64,000 nucleotides of DNA from contig JBAZTV010000002.1 in assembly GCA_041661765.1 (NCBI GenBank), forward strand, positions 203,279 through 267,278. Direction: 5' to 3'. A model generated the notes under the pieces. It saw only the letters and a program-made list of their open reading frames with translations. It had not been told where the DNA came from and did not search any database. Shown in pieces: positions 20,447 to 29,972 of this stretch. Origin of the DNA: Candidatus Shapirobacteria bacterium (GTDB lineage: Bacteria > Patescibacteriota > Microgenomatia > UBA12405). Both the position numbers and the translations under genes were made by a program. The stretch's first letter is position 1, and each line of letters starts with the position of its first letter.

Positions 20447-20497
20447 GTGAGCCGAGTATCTCAAATTTCGAATACTTAATTAAATATTTAAATAAAC
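20447..20497 (+). repeat. Direct repeat copy 2 (GTGAGCCGAGTATCTCAAATTTCGAATAC...)
   Basis: See copy 1. Confidence 0.6.
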
Positions 20498-20553
20498 TGA
20501 AATCAGTTTTTGACTCATTCAATATACAAAGTCTAAAACCCTAACAAAAAAAA

Positions 20554-21066
20554 TTATTCTTCAGTTTCAATATTAGACACTAAATCACCATGATGATATT
20601 CTGCACCATTACGGCTAAGTTCAAACACACTATATCCAATTCTAGGTGTAAAAGTTATTGGTGTTTGTAAAATCATCTCTGGATCATTTTTACCATCAGT
20701 TTCAAAAGTGAGTAAATCAAAATCATCATTTACATTAAGAATTTCATCTCGACTACTTACCATCTTTTTACCATTACCATCTTCATCAAACTCCATTATC
20801 ATAAAAAAAATTTGTTTTTTAGCCATCTTTGACATACTTAGTTTGACTTTTGCCATCTGTAAATCTTTGTCGCCTTCTTTATCTGTAAACATTGTCCACT
20901 CCATTGGCTCATACTCTGTTCCATCATATTTGTGTCGTCGAAATGTTCCATCTAATAACTTTTTATAGATAGAGCCCTGGTCAGTTTGAAAACTTGTTAC
21001 ATTAGGACAAAAATCAATTGATTCTCTGTGTTGTTCAAGATTTGGTATATTCTCAGAATTTTCCAT
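20554..21066 (-). CDS. Hypothetical acidic protein (171 aa)
   Basis: The track ORF 20554..21129 was trimmed to Met at 21066. The first 20 codons of the track ORF are a read-through of the tRNA-Glu gene. Confidence 0.45.
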   Translation of the reverse strand: MENSENIPNLEQHRESIDFCPNVTSFQTDQGSIYKKLLDGTFRRHKYDGTEYEPMEWTMFTDKEGDKDLQMAKVKLSMSKMAKKQIFFMIMEFDEDGNGKKMVSSRDEILNVNDDFDLLTFETDGKNDPEMILQTPITFTPRIGYSVFELSRNGAEYHHGDLVSNIETEE

Positions 21067-21070
21067 ATTG

Positions 21071-21143
21071 TGACTCCAGTGGGAGTCGAACCCACGATTG
21101 CCTGGATGAAAACCAGGAGTCCTAACCACTAGACGATGGAGCC
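21071..21143 (-). tRNA. tRNA-Glu (anticodon TTC)
   Basis: Acceptor GGCTCCA/TGGAGTC, anticodon stem-loop CCTGG-TTTTCAT-CCAGG, T-loop TTCGACT. Confidence 0.8.
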
Positions 21144-21222
21144 ATTTAGTGACAAAGGTATTTTACCAAAACATATCGAATTTTTCATCAAATAAATTGT
21201 TTTGTTTTGATAAACTACTTTA

Positions 21223-21843
21223 ATGATTTATATTTTCCATGGCGACAATCAACTAGAAAGCCGCCGATCATTTAGCGATTTTTTAGACAAAAACAAAAAT
21301 ACCGACATTCTTCGTCTAGACTCTAAAAATATTACCGTTGATAAAGTAAATCTTTTTCTTCAAGAATCATCTCTTTTTAATACTAAAAAAACTCTGAGTA
21401 TTAGTAACTTATTTTCCACCAACAAATTAATCCTCGATCAAATTAATAAACTAATTAACCAAATCGAGAATATCGATGTTGTTATTTGGCAAGATAAAAC
21501 TCTAACTCCAACTCAAATTAAAACCTTTAAAACTGCTCAAATTAAAAACTTTCCTCTCGATAATAAATTATTTACCTGTCTTAACTCCATTAAACCCAAA
21601 AATTTAACCAAAGTTATTCCACTTTATCACCAAATAATAGACCTTGGTCTTTATGATCTTTTTCTTTATTTTTTAAAAAATAATTTTCGAAAACAATTAA
21701 CCTCTTATCCAAAGTTTGAACCACAAATTATCAAACGAATCTATTTGCAATTAATCGAATTGGATTTTAAAAACAAGACAGGGGATTTAACCATTCCCAA
21801 AGAATTAGCGTTAGAACGCCTTTTGACTAATTTAACTAAATAA
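21223..21843 (+). CDS. DNA polymerase III delta subunit-like (short)
   Basis: The N-terminus IYIFHGDN..L resembles HolA. Only 206 aa. Confidence 0.35.
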   Translation: MIYIFHGDNQLESRRSFSDFLDKNKNTDILRLDSKNITVDKVNLFLQESSLFNTKKTLSISNLFSTNKLILDQINKLINQIENIDVVIWQDKTLTPTQIKTFKTAQIKNFPLDNKLFTCLNSIKPKNLTKVIPLYHQIIDLGLYDLFLYFLKNNFRKQLTSYPKFEPQIIKRIYLQLIELDFKNKTGDLTIPKELALERLLTNLTK

Positions 21844-22028
21844 AATATAAGCTAGTTTGATTTATTTTAGAATACTTTGATATTGTTTATATCTATAATA
21901 TATAGTCTATATTTACCCTTAAATTAGGTAATTTTAAAAAATTAACTTAATTAGCAATAGAAAAGTCAGACTGCTAAATATATAAATGTCTCTTCCTTTT
22001 TATTTAATAAATCTGTATTATTTTATAT

Positions 22029-24299
22029 ATGAAGGATCAAGATATTTTATGGTTTAAAGAAATTGGTTTTGATGATGTGAATCTAGTTGGAGGTAAAGGT
22101 GCAAATCTAGGTGAAATGTATAACCTAGGAATCCCAGTTCCCAATGGTTTTGTTGTCCCTGCTAATGTTTATTTTCAATTCATTAAGGAAAATAATCTTA
22201 AACCAAAAATTGAAAATATTTTAAAAACTACCGATATCGATCAACCAGATCAGCTTTTAACTGCTTCTAAACAAATAAAAACTATAATTAAAAAAAGTCC
22301 CATCAATCATCAAACCGCCATTAAGATTATGGCGGCTTATAAAAAACTTTCTGATTTTGGTGGATTAAAAGATACTCCTGTTGCTGTTCGCACTTCAGCT
22401 ACTGCTGAAGATACTGCCGATGCTTCTTTTGCTGGTCAGGGAGAAACTTTTTTAAATGTAATTGGCGAAACCAATGTTCTCCACCGTGTTCGTGATTGTT
22501 GGGCCAGTCTTTTTACCCCTAGATCAATTTTTTATCAAGTCAAAAAACACTACGATCATTTCAAAATTGGCGTCGCTGTTCCCGTTCAAAAATTAATTCA
22601 ATCAGAAGTTTCCGGAATCGTTTTCACTGTTAACCCTGTCACCAATGAAAAAAACCAAATCATCGTCGAAACTATTTGGGGTCTCGGTGAATATATTGTC
22701 CAAGGAATAGTTTCTCCGGATCAATATGTAATTGATAAAAACAATTGGACTGTTATTTCCGAAAATCATGTCGAACAAAAAACTCAATTACTCAGATCAG
22801 AACACGAAACCAAAGAAGTTTCAGTTCCTAAATCCAAACAAAAGAAAGTTAAAATTACCGGAACCGCTGCTATTAAAATTGCCAAAATTAGTCAAAAACT
22901 TCATAGCCATTACGGTAAACCCCAAGACATTGAATTTGCCATAGACAATAAAGGTAAACTTTTTATTGTTCAAACTCGTCCAATCACCACTGTTATTTCA
23001 AATCAAAAAACTCTTGATAATCAATCAAAAATAAATCAAAAACCAGACCTCACTGGTGAACAGGCTAGTCCTGGAACTGCCACAGGCACCGTTATTATTA
23101 TTAATAACCCAAAAGAAATTGATCGTGTTCAAAAAGGTCAAATTTTAGTTACCACTATGACCACTCCTGATTTTGTTCCGGCTATGAAAAAAGTCAACGG
23201 TATTATCACTGACAAAGGTGGGCAAACTTCTCATGCTGCCATTGTCAGCCGCGAACTAGGAGTCCCGTGTGTAGTTGGTACTAAAACCGCCACCAAATTT
23301 TTAAAAGAAGGAGATATTGTAACTTTAAACGGAACTACTGGTGAAATTTGGAAAGGAAATTTAATTGATAAAAACGCTCCAATAATTAAAAAACAACCAT
23401 CCACTGCTAAAACAGCCACTAAAATTTATGTTAATTTAGGTGAACCAGACTTGGCTGAAATGATTTCTAAAAGAAATGTTGATGGCATTGGTCTTTTGCG
23501 GGCCGAATTTATGTTGGCCAACATCGGCATTCATCCAAAAAGAATTATTGCCGAAGGAAAGGAAAAAGCATATATCAATAAACTCGCCAAAGAAATGGTT
23601 AAATTTTGTAAAAGTTTTAATCCTCGACCAGTTATTTATCGCGCCACCGATTTCAAAACCAACGAATATCGCTCTTTAAAATGGGGGAAATTATATGAAC
23701 CAGAAGAACCAAACCCATTAATGGGTTTCCGTGGCGCTGCTCGTTATATAAGTTCTCCAGATGTTTTTTATATGGAACTCGAAGCCATCAAGCAAGTCAG
23801 AACTAAATACGGCTACAAAAATATCTGGCTAATGATCCCTTTTGTTCGAACTCCACATGAATTGGCCGAAGTCAAAAAAATAGTTACTAGTGCTGGACTT
23901 TTGCGTTCACCCTCATTCAAATTTTTAATGATGGCCGAAATTCCCAGTAATGTTATTCTTTTAGATAAATTTATTGATGTCGGTATTGATGGTATTTCTA
24001 TTGGTAGTAATGATTTAACCATGCTCACCCTTGGTATTGATCGCGACAACAACGAAGTTGCTAAATCCTTCAATGAAATGGATCCAGCTGTTCTTTGGTC
24101 ACTTAAAAGACTAGTCACTAAATCCAAAAAACGCGGTATCACCTGTTCAATTTGTGGACAAGCTCCAAGTAACTATCCTGAATTAGTTGAAAAATTAGTT
24201 AGGTGGGGAGCCACCAGCATTTCTGTCAGTCCCGACGCCATCGATGCCACCCGTGATGTTGTTGCCTGGGCTGAAAAAAGAAATATTAGTAAAAAATAA
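22029..24299 (+). CDS. ppsA: Phosphoenolpyruvate synthase (pyruvate, water dikinase)
   Basis: N-terminus ILWFKEIGFDDVNLVGGKGANLGEM, phosphohistidine domain GGQTSHAAIVSRELGVPCVVG, and a C-terminal PEP-utilising TIM barrel. Confidence 0.8.
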   Translation: MKDQDILWFKEIGFDDVNLVGGKGANLGEMYNLGIPVPNGFVVPANVYFQFIKENNLKPKIENILKTTDIDQPDQLLTASKQIKTIIKKSPINHQTAIKIMAAYKKLSDFGGLKDTPVAVRTSATAEDTADASFAGQGETFLNVIGETNVLHRVRDCWASLFTPRSIFYQVKKHYDHFKIGVAVPVQKLIQSEVSGIVFTVNPVTNEKNQIIVETIWGLGEYIVQGIVSPDQYVIDKNNWTVISENHVEQKTQLLRSEHETKEVSVPKSKQKKVKITGTAAIKIAKISQKLHSHYGKPQDIEFAIDNKGKLFIVQTRPITTVISNQKTLDNQSKINQKPDLTGEQASPGTATGTVIIINNPKEIDRVQKGQILVTTMTTPDFVPAMKKVNGIITDKGGQTSHAAIVSRELGVPCVVGTKTATKFLKEGDIVTLNGTTGEIWKGNLIDKNAPIIKKQPSTAKTATKIYVNLGEPDLAEMISKRNVDGIGLLRAEFMLANIGIHPKRIIAEGKEKAYINKLAKEMVKFCKSFNPRPVIYRATDFKTNEYRSLKWGKLYEPEEPNPLMGFRGAARYISSPDVFYMELEAIKQVRTKYGYKNIWLMIPFVRTPHELAEVKKIVTSAGLLRSPSFKFLMMAEIPSNVILLDKFIDVGIDGISIGSNDLTMLTLGIDRDNNEVAKSFNEMDPAVLWSLKRLVTKSKKRGITCSICGQAPSNYPELVEKLVRWGATSISVSPDAIDATRDVVAWAEKRNISKK

Positions 24300-24924
24300 C
24301 AGTCATTTCACCTTTTAATTCTTTATTGACAGTCGGTAAAATTTCTTCAAATTTTTTTGTCATTTCTCGAATGATCGCAATTTGAACATCATTTCCGTAA
24401 ATTTTTTTAACCTGTTCTTCTAATTTTTTAACTCTAAAAGGGGATTCGTAAACAATTTTAGCCCCATCAAACTCTTTATATTTTTCCAATATTTTTAACC
24501 TCTCACCATCTTTTTTGGGTAAAAATCCTAAAAACATAAATCTTCCCGACGGAATTCCCGATAATACTAAAGCATTAATTGCCGCACAGGCTCCCGGCAA
24601 AGAAGTATAAGGAATACCTGAATTACGGCATTTTTTAATTAATTTCCACCCCGGATCAGAAATAATCGGTGTTCCCGCATCAGTCACTAAAGCCATTTCA
24701 TTCCCATCTTGTAATAATTTAATCACCTCCGGAATTTTTTGTTCTTCAACTTCATCGTAAAAAGAAATTAATTTAGGTTTATTTTTAATTTTCAAATTTA
24801 CCAATAACAACCCAGTGTTTCGGGTATCTTCACAAAGTAGATACTCCACTTTCTCTAAAGTTTCTAAAGCCCTAACCGTAATATCTCCCAAATTCCCAAT
24901 CGGTGTTGCAATAATATATAGCAT
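24286..24924 (-). CDS. rsmI: 16S rRNA (cytidine1402-2'-O)-methyltransferase
   Basis: MLYIIATPIGNLGDIT...LLCEDTR tetrapyrrole-methylase fold. Confidence 0.8.
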   Translation of the reverse strand: MLYIIATPIGNLGDITVRALETLEKVEYLLCEDTRNTGLLLVNLKIKNKPKLISFYDEVEEQKIPEVIKLLQDGNEMALVTDAGTPIISDPGWKLIKKCRNSGIPYTSLPGACAAINALVLSGIPSGRFMFLGFLPKKDGERLKILEKYKEFDGAKIVYESPFRVKKLEEQVKKIYGNDVQIAIIREMTKKFEEILPTVNKELKGEMTVIFY

Positions 24925-24940
24925 CGCCTATTTTACCTCA

Positions 24941-24969
24941 TTGTAGCACTGTAACAGTACTGTTATTAT
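24941..24969 (+). promoter_or_regulatory. Candidate promoter TTGTAG-N17-TATTAT whose spacer is an overlapping palindrome ACTGTAACAGTACTGT (operator-like)
   Basis: The -35 lies at 24941-46 and the -10 at 24964-69. The palindrome at 24948-24963 fills the spacer. The downstream ATG at 24979 implies a near-leaderless mRNA. Confidence 0.35.
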
Positions 24970-24978
24970 GTTAATAAT

Positions 24979-26259
24979 ATGACAAACGAAATTTACAGAC
25001 TTTACACTGTTTCAGAAATAGAATCATTGCTTGGTAAAAATTATTTTTATAAACAAAGAATATATCGATTAGCAAGTTCCAAAAAAATCGTTGAATTTAG
25101 TCGAAAAGGAATTGCTGTATATATGGCATCACATGTAATAGGTACGTTTATTAAAGAATTAGAACTCCGTATTCAAGATAAATTTCCAGAATTGGATGTA
25201 GCCAAACTTCGAATTTTTTACGACATTACCAAAGAAAAACGTATTGTTGTTGATGGATTATTTGGACGAGGCATTTCAGTTAATACTGACGAAGAAAATG
25301 AAGAAGATTTAATAAAAAAGATAAAAAGTATTATTGAATGGTTAGGTGATAATTACGAAATTCCAATTGAATCAATAGAGGCAGAAGAAGAACAATTAAT
25401 TGATTCTGCAAAAGAAACAAAAGATGAATTAGCTAAAGTATTACCCGAAGAAGTTTTTTGGGTACGATTAGACACTGGAATTATAGAGGGAATTGAAATT
25501 AAAAGTAATATTTTAATTAGTCTTCCATCTATTGCTCAATTTGTAGGGATAAGAACTAATAAATTGATTGAATGGATTAGCCGAACAACTTTTTCAAATT
25601 TCGTTTTAAGCGCACACTACAGACAAATTCAAGGTGCCGGAAAACCGGTACCTTGGAAAAAAGGCATAGCTACTGGACTTACTCCATTTATTCCCTTTGA
25701 ACTTTTACCTGAAATCATTGTTGCTTTAAAACAAAGCCGAAACACTCCATCCTATCCTGAAAAAGCTGAAATGCTATATGAATTAGCTCAAAAAACATTA
25801 AGTGCTGTTGGTTTAGCTGTTTCTGGAAACAAAGATAAAGCCGCTGAAGAACTTGCCAAAATAGGACAAGGATTAGGTTTGTCAGCTGCAGATCAAATAA
25901 TTGGACTTTTTAAACAATATGAATCAAGAGACTTTCAAGTCCAAACGACAAAAGAATTTAATAGCAAAATAAAATCATTAAATTTAGATTATGTAACAAC
26001 TATTGGCAAGTTAACCTTCGGTATAACCGGCAGATATCCATCGCAATGGAAGTTATTAGGAACAGTCAGAAATTTACCTAAAATTGTCACCAATTCTAGT
26101 CGTGAAGTTATGAGAAAATTAGAACCAAGTGACAGTGTCGGTATGGCTTTTGGTGAAAAATCATTTACTAAAGATCCTGATATTAATGAAGCTGTAGAGA
26201 CTGGAAAACAAGGTAAAAATTTCTATGAAAGATTAAAAAAAGTCGGATTATTAGATTAA
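24979..26259 (+). CDS. Hypothetical protein (426 aa), compositionally atypical
   Basis: ORF only. A-ending codon preference differs from the core genes. Convergent with lexA and overlapping it by 4 nt. Confidence 0.45.
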   Translation: MTNEIYRLYTVSEIESLLGKNYFYKQRIYRLASSKKIVEFSRKGIAVYMASHVIGTFIKELELRIQDKFPELDVAKLRIFYDITKEKRIVVDGLFGRGISVNTDEENEEDLIKKIKSIIEWLGDNYEIPIESIEAEEEQLIDSAKETKDELAKVLPEEVFWVRLDTGIIEGIEIKSNILISLPSIAQFVGIRTNKLIEWISRTTFSNFVLSAHYRQIQGAGKPVPWKKGIATGLTPFIPFELLPEIIVALKQSRNTPSYPEKAEMLYELAQKTLSAVGLAVSGNKDKAAEELAKIGQGLGLSAADQIIGLFKQYESRDFQVQTTKEFNSKIKSLNLDYVTTIGKLTFGITGRYPSQWKLLGTVRNLPKIVTNSSREVMRKLEPSDSVGMAFGEKSFTKDPDINEAVETGKQGKNFYERLKKVGLLD

Positions 26260-26894
26260 TTGAATTGTCTAATTACCGCCACCACCTTTCCTCTAATTTC
26301 CACATCTGTCACATAAATAGGAGACATGGTTGTATTTGCCGGCTGTAATCGAATCCGACTAGCTTCTCGATAATATCGTTTCAAAGTAGCAAATCCATTT
26401 TTTAAAACCGCCACTACAATATCACCATTATTAGCATTTTTTTGTTCTCTAACCACCACATAATCACCACTCAAAATCCCATCATCAATCATCGAATCTC
26501 CTTTAGCCTGCAAAACAAAAGATTGATCTCCTGGTTTTACTAAATTTGAATTTACTCCAATTGTTGCGTTTGGATCAGTGTATGGCTCAATCGGCTCACC
26601 ACAAGCAATGAACCCCAAAACCGGCAATTCAATAAATCCTGAAATTTTATCCATCAAATTCTGCTTTGTAGAACTTGCAGAATCTAAAACTTCTATCCCT
26701 CTAACCGCTCCGCGATATCTTCTAATTAATCCTTTTTTTTCTAAAACCGCCAAATGCTCATGCACTGTTGCAAGTGAAGAAAGACCTAAGTGCTGGGCCA
26801 TTTCTGTCAATGTCGGTGCATATCCATATTTCGAAATAGTTTGTTCAATATAATCTAAAATTTGTTTTTGTCTTTTATACAAAATTGTTGCCAT
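26256..26894 (-). CDS. lexA: LexA repressor (S24 peptidase)
   Basis: N-terminal winged helix (KRQKQILDYIEQTISKYGYAPTLTEMAQHLGLSSLATVHEHLAVLEKKGLI) and C-terminal S24 domain (GDSM...K). Start moved to the ATG at 26894; the track begins at an upstream TTG. Confidence 0.8.
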   Translation of the reverse strand: MATILYKRQKQILDYIEQTISKYGYAPTLTEMAQHLGLSSLATVHEHLAVLEKKGLIRRYRGAVRGIEVLDSASSTKQNLMDKISGFIELPVLGFIACGEPIEPYTDPNATIGVNSNLVKPGDQSFVLQAKGDSMIDDGILSGDYVVVREQKNANNGDIVVAVLKNGFATLKRYYREASRIRLQPANTTMSPIYVTDVEIRGKVVAVIRQFN

Positions 26895-26915
26895 AGACAA
26901 ATGATACGCGAACAA

Positions 26916-26960
26916 TACCCGAAGTCAATGATGTAAATCGAAAACACTAATAAAATCTAT
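26916..26960 (-). promoter_or_regulatory. lexA upstream region: TTGACT-N16-TATCAT promoter candidate with a CTTC-N7-GTTC direct repeat in the spacer
   Basis: On the lexA coding strand the sequence reads ..CATTGACTTCGGGTATTGTTCGCGTATCATTTG.. The repeat is only similar in form to the alphaproteobacterial LexA box (GTTC-N7-GTTC). Confidence 0.3.
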
Positions 26961-27080
26961 CCCATAATTTGACAAATGGCCATTTTCTCAGTAAAATTTC
27001 TAACTTTTATTAAATAATTAAAAGCTGATTAATTTAGTAAATTTGTCCCTTAAAAATCAATAAAACTCATTTTGTATTCT

Positions 27081-27136
27081 TTGCAATATATTTTTACAGA
27101 TCATTTTTGGTCTTTAGAGATATATTGCAAAAGCAA
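27081..27136 (+). promoter_or_regulatory. Inverted repeat TTGCAATATAT-N28-ATATATTGCAA plus nested TTGCAAAAGCAA, upstream of ORF 27169
   Basis: Perfect 11-bp arms at 27081-27091 and 27120-27130, in the lexA/27169 divergent intergenic region. Confidence 0.4.
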
Positions 27137-27168
27137 TATAAATAAAAAAAAGAGGTGTATATATATAA

Positions 27169-27474
27169 ATGACCATTGAAACAATTTTCAACGAATGTTT
27201 ACTTAAGAAAAATGAACCTACCACCGATATTGTCAAAGCCGAAGGCATAATCACAACAGTATTTTTAAAAGAATCCAGCCTACAAAAAAACAAAAATGAA
27301 ATTGAAAAATTATTAAAAAAAATTCCAGATAATTTTCAAATATCCATTAAAGACACTAAGTGGACTAGCTCACATCAAAAATTAGAAAAGTTATTCCAAC
27401 TAGGTATCGGTATAGGTACGATTAACGTAATCAGAGTAAACGGAGAGCTATATCATATTATTAATAATCAATAA
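27169..27474 (+). CDS. Hypothetical protein (101 aa)
   Basis: ORF with an AGAGGTG RBS, followed by a hairpin terminator. Confidence 0.45.
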   Translation: MTIETIFNECLLKKNEPTTDIVKAEGIITTVFLKESSLQKNKNEIEKLLKKIPDNFQISIKDTKWTSSHQKLEKLFQLGIGIGTINVIRVNGELYHIINNQ

Positions 27475-27511
27475 AAAACCTCTATTCCTTTGAGTTTTAT
27501 TATTTCCCTTA

Positions 27512-27556
27512 ATACCGACAGGTTTGTGTAAAAACAAATTTGCCGGTATTTTCTTG
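27512..27556 (+). terminator. Hairpin terminator-like element (ATACCGACAGG...TGCCGGTAT + T-rich)
   Basis: A 9-bp stem with 1 mismatch, an inner TTTGT/ACAAA hairpin, then TTTTCTT. Related in sequence to the terminator at 59413. Confidence 0.5.
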
Positions 27557-27598
27557 TCAAAAAAATAAATCTATCAAATGTTATATTAGACTATCTTT

Positions 27599-29365
27599 AT
27601 GTTTCTATTTTTTTTAATTTCCTTTTTATTTTTTTCTGTAAATTCCGCCAATGCTGCTGATGAATTTAAAACCCAACAAAAAATAAATTACCAAATTGAT
27701 AATCAAGGCAATACCATAGTCAATCAAGAAATTCAATTAATTAATAATTTTTCCGAAATTTACCCTACTGTCTATCAATTAATTTTATCAGGCCCAGCTC
27801 TGGAAAATATCACCGGCACCGACAGTCAGGGAAATATTATCCAAAAAATAAATCATCAAGACGACCTTAATACTATTGATATCAAATTCAATAATAATAA
27901 TCTCGGTAAAGACAAAATCACTAAATTTAATTTAAACTACACCATCCCCAAATTAGCCACTCAAAAAGGGAACATTTGGGAAGTTTCCGTTCCAGAAAAC
28001 AAAAATATAAAACCCAATGATATTAACGAAATAAATATATTAGTTCCCAGCTCCTTTGGTAATCTTTCTTTTGCCTCATCAAATCCGAAAAATTCAATTC
28101 CCTTAAATAATCAGACCCAAATACTTTTTAATAACCCTAATCAAAAAATATTTTTAATTTTTGGTAACTATCAGCTTTTTGATTTCCATTTCAAATATTT
28201 TTTAGAAAATACCACCAATCAATCCCAAATTTTAGAAATTGCTATCCCTCCAGAAACCGATAATCAAAAAATAATTTATAAAGAAATATCACCCCCACCT
28301 TTAAATATTAGAATTGATGGCGATGGTAATTGGTTAGCTCAATACAAATTGACCAGTAATCAGGAATTAGAAATCAACATTTCCGGTCAAGCCAAAATTA
28401 TTCCCAATAATATTAAAGCTTTAATTAATGAAGACGATTATTTAAAAGAACAAAATTTTTGGCCCATCAATGACCCTTCCATAAAACAAATTACCAACTC
28501 TCTTAAAACTATTAAAGATATTTACAATTACACTGTTGATACTCTTAATTACAATTATGACTCAATTAATGCCTCCGAACGTAAAGGTGCTCTTAACACT
28601 TTAATTTCACCAAACTCATCAATTTGTACCGATTTTACCGATCTTTTTATAACTCTCTCCCGATCCAAAGGAATTCCTGCTCGTGAAGTTGAGGGTTTTG
28701 CTTACACTAATAATTCTAAAATAAAACCAATCAATATCAATGCCGACATTCTCCATGCCTGGCCTCAATACTACGACCAAGATAAACAATCATGGGTTTC
28801 TGTAGACCCCACCTGGGAAAAAACCACCAATGGTGTTGACTATTTTAAAGACCTTGATCCAAATCATTTTGCTTTTGTTTTTCATGGTCTCGACAGCGAA
28901 AATCCACTTCCACCCGGCGGTTACAAAAACAATCACAATATTAAAACCATCGAAGTTGAATTCGCCACTCAAGAACTACAGGCTAGTTACGAAAATCTTA
29001 AAATAACTTCCCTAAATAAAAAAATTTACCAACCAATAAAAATTAAAATTTCTAATCAAAATAATAATTCTATATCCGATTTAAAAATTAACATTCCCAA
29101 TTTAAATTGGCAACAGAAAATTCCTGTATTAACACCATTTTCATCTATCGAGATAACTTTGCCAAATTATCCATTTTTAAAATCTCTAAACCCTATCAAC
29201 AGGAATATAAATATTAAAGTCGAATCGTTAAACACCACTTCTAATCAAATCTCCATTTCTAACCCTAAATACTATCTAAATTTAATTATTTTTATTGGCG
29301 CAGCTATCACTTTTTTAGGTTTCAGCGGTATAATACTAAATAGTAGTAAAAAACATAAAAAATGA
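27599..29365 (+). CDS. Transglutaminase-like domain protein, secreted with C-terminal TM
   Basis: Signal peptide, then the Cys-His-Asp core (CTDFTDLF...HAWPQYY...VSVDPTW), then a C-terminal TM helix. Confidence 0.6.
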   Translation: MFLFFLISFLFFSVNSANAADEFKTQQKINYQIDNQGNTIVNQEIQLINNFSEIYPTVYQLILSGPALENITGTDSQGNIIQKINHQDDLNTIDIKFNNNNLGKDKITKFNLNYTIPKLATQKGNIWEVSVPENKNIKPNDINEINILVPSSFGNLSFASSNPKNSIPLNNQTQILFNNPNQKIFLIFGNYQLFDFHFKYFLENTTNQSQILEIAIPPETDNQKIIYKEISPPPLNIRIDGDGNWLAQYKLTSNQELEINISGQAKIIPNNIKALINEDDYLKEQNFWPINDPSIKQITNSLKTIKDIYNYTVDTLNYNYDSINASERKGALNTLISPNSSICTDFTDLFITLSRSKGIPAREVEGFAYTNNSKIKPININADILHAWPQYYDQDKQSWVSVDPTWEKTTNGVDYFKDLDPNHFAFVFHGLDSENPLPPGGYKNNHNIKTIEVEFATQELQASYENLKITSLNKKIYQPIKIKISNQNNNSISDLKINIPNLNWQQKIPVLTPFSSIEITLPNYPFLKSLNPINRNINIKVESLNTTSNQISISNPKYYLNLIIFIGAAITFLGFSGIILNSSKKHKK

Positions 29366-29757
29366 AAAAAATACTTAGATATATTATTCTTTTTACCTTT
29401 TCCATCGTCACCGCCAATCAAATCTGGCATAATTTTTATTTTCAACAAATTCCTTGGACTATTATTAAAGTCGCCATAATCTTAACCATTTTTGAACTTC
29501 TTTTAAAACCCATCATTAAAATTCTCTTGATTCCAATTAATATCCTAACTTTAGGATTGTTTCGAATCGTAATTGACACTCTTGGTCTATATTTAGCTGT
29601 TTTCTTTATTGTCGATTTTCAAATAGGAAATATATACATCTCCCAGTATAATTATAATGTCAATAATTTTTGGGCTTATTTACTAAGCTCATTTACTGTC
29701 GGTACAATTTTATATATTTATAATTCAATTTTGCGCAAGAGCAAACCAAAAAAATGA
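29362..29757 (+). CDS. Small integral membrane protein
   Basis: Four hydrophobic helices. Confidence 0.4.
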   Translation: MKKILRYIILFTFSIVTANQIWHNFYFQQIPWTIIKVAIILTIFELLLKPIIKILLIPINILTLGLFRIVIDTLGLYLAVFFIVDFQIGNIYISQYNYNVNNFWAYLLSSFTVGTILYIYNSILRKSKPKK

Positions 29758-29966
29758 AAACCACTCTAATTATTATTCAAATATTTTTATCAATTCTTTT
29801 AAGTGCCTTAATTTTTCTTCAATCAAATGGTGAAACTGAATCACAGTCAAACATTCTTTCTACTACCACAGTTAAAAAAAGAGGATGGGAAAAAATTATG
29901 TTTAATTTTACAATTTTCATCATCTTTCTTTTTCTAATTTCATCAATTATTCAAACTCTTCTATAA
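29754..29966 (+). CDS. SecG-like preprotein translocase subunit (tentative)
   Basis: 70 aa with two TM segments. LIFLQSNGE resembles the SecG loop. Confidence 0.35.
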   Translation: MKTTLIIIQIFLSILLSALIFLQSNGETESQSNILSTTTVKKRGWEKIMFNFTIFIIFLFLISSIIQTLL

Positions 29967-29972
29967 ATCATC

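Noticed and set aside
20554-21129. N-terminal 20 codons of the track ORF (MVRTPGFHPGNRGFDSHWSH).
   Set aside because: They are a translation of the tRNA-Glu gene. The CDS was trimmed to the Met at 21066. The same logic applied to 34923..35501, which overlaps tRNA-Gln and was trimmed to 35375.
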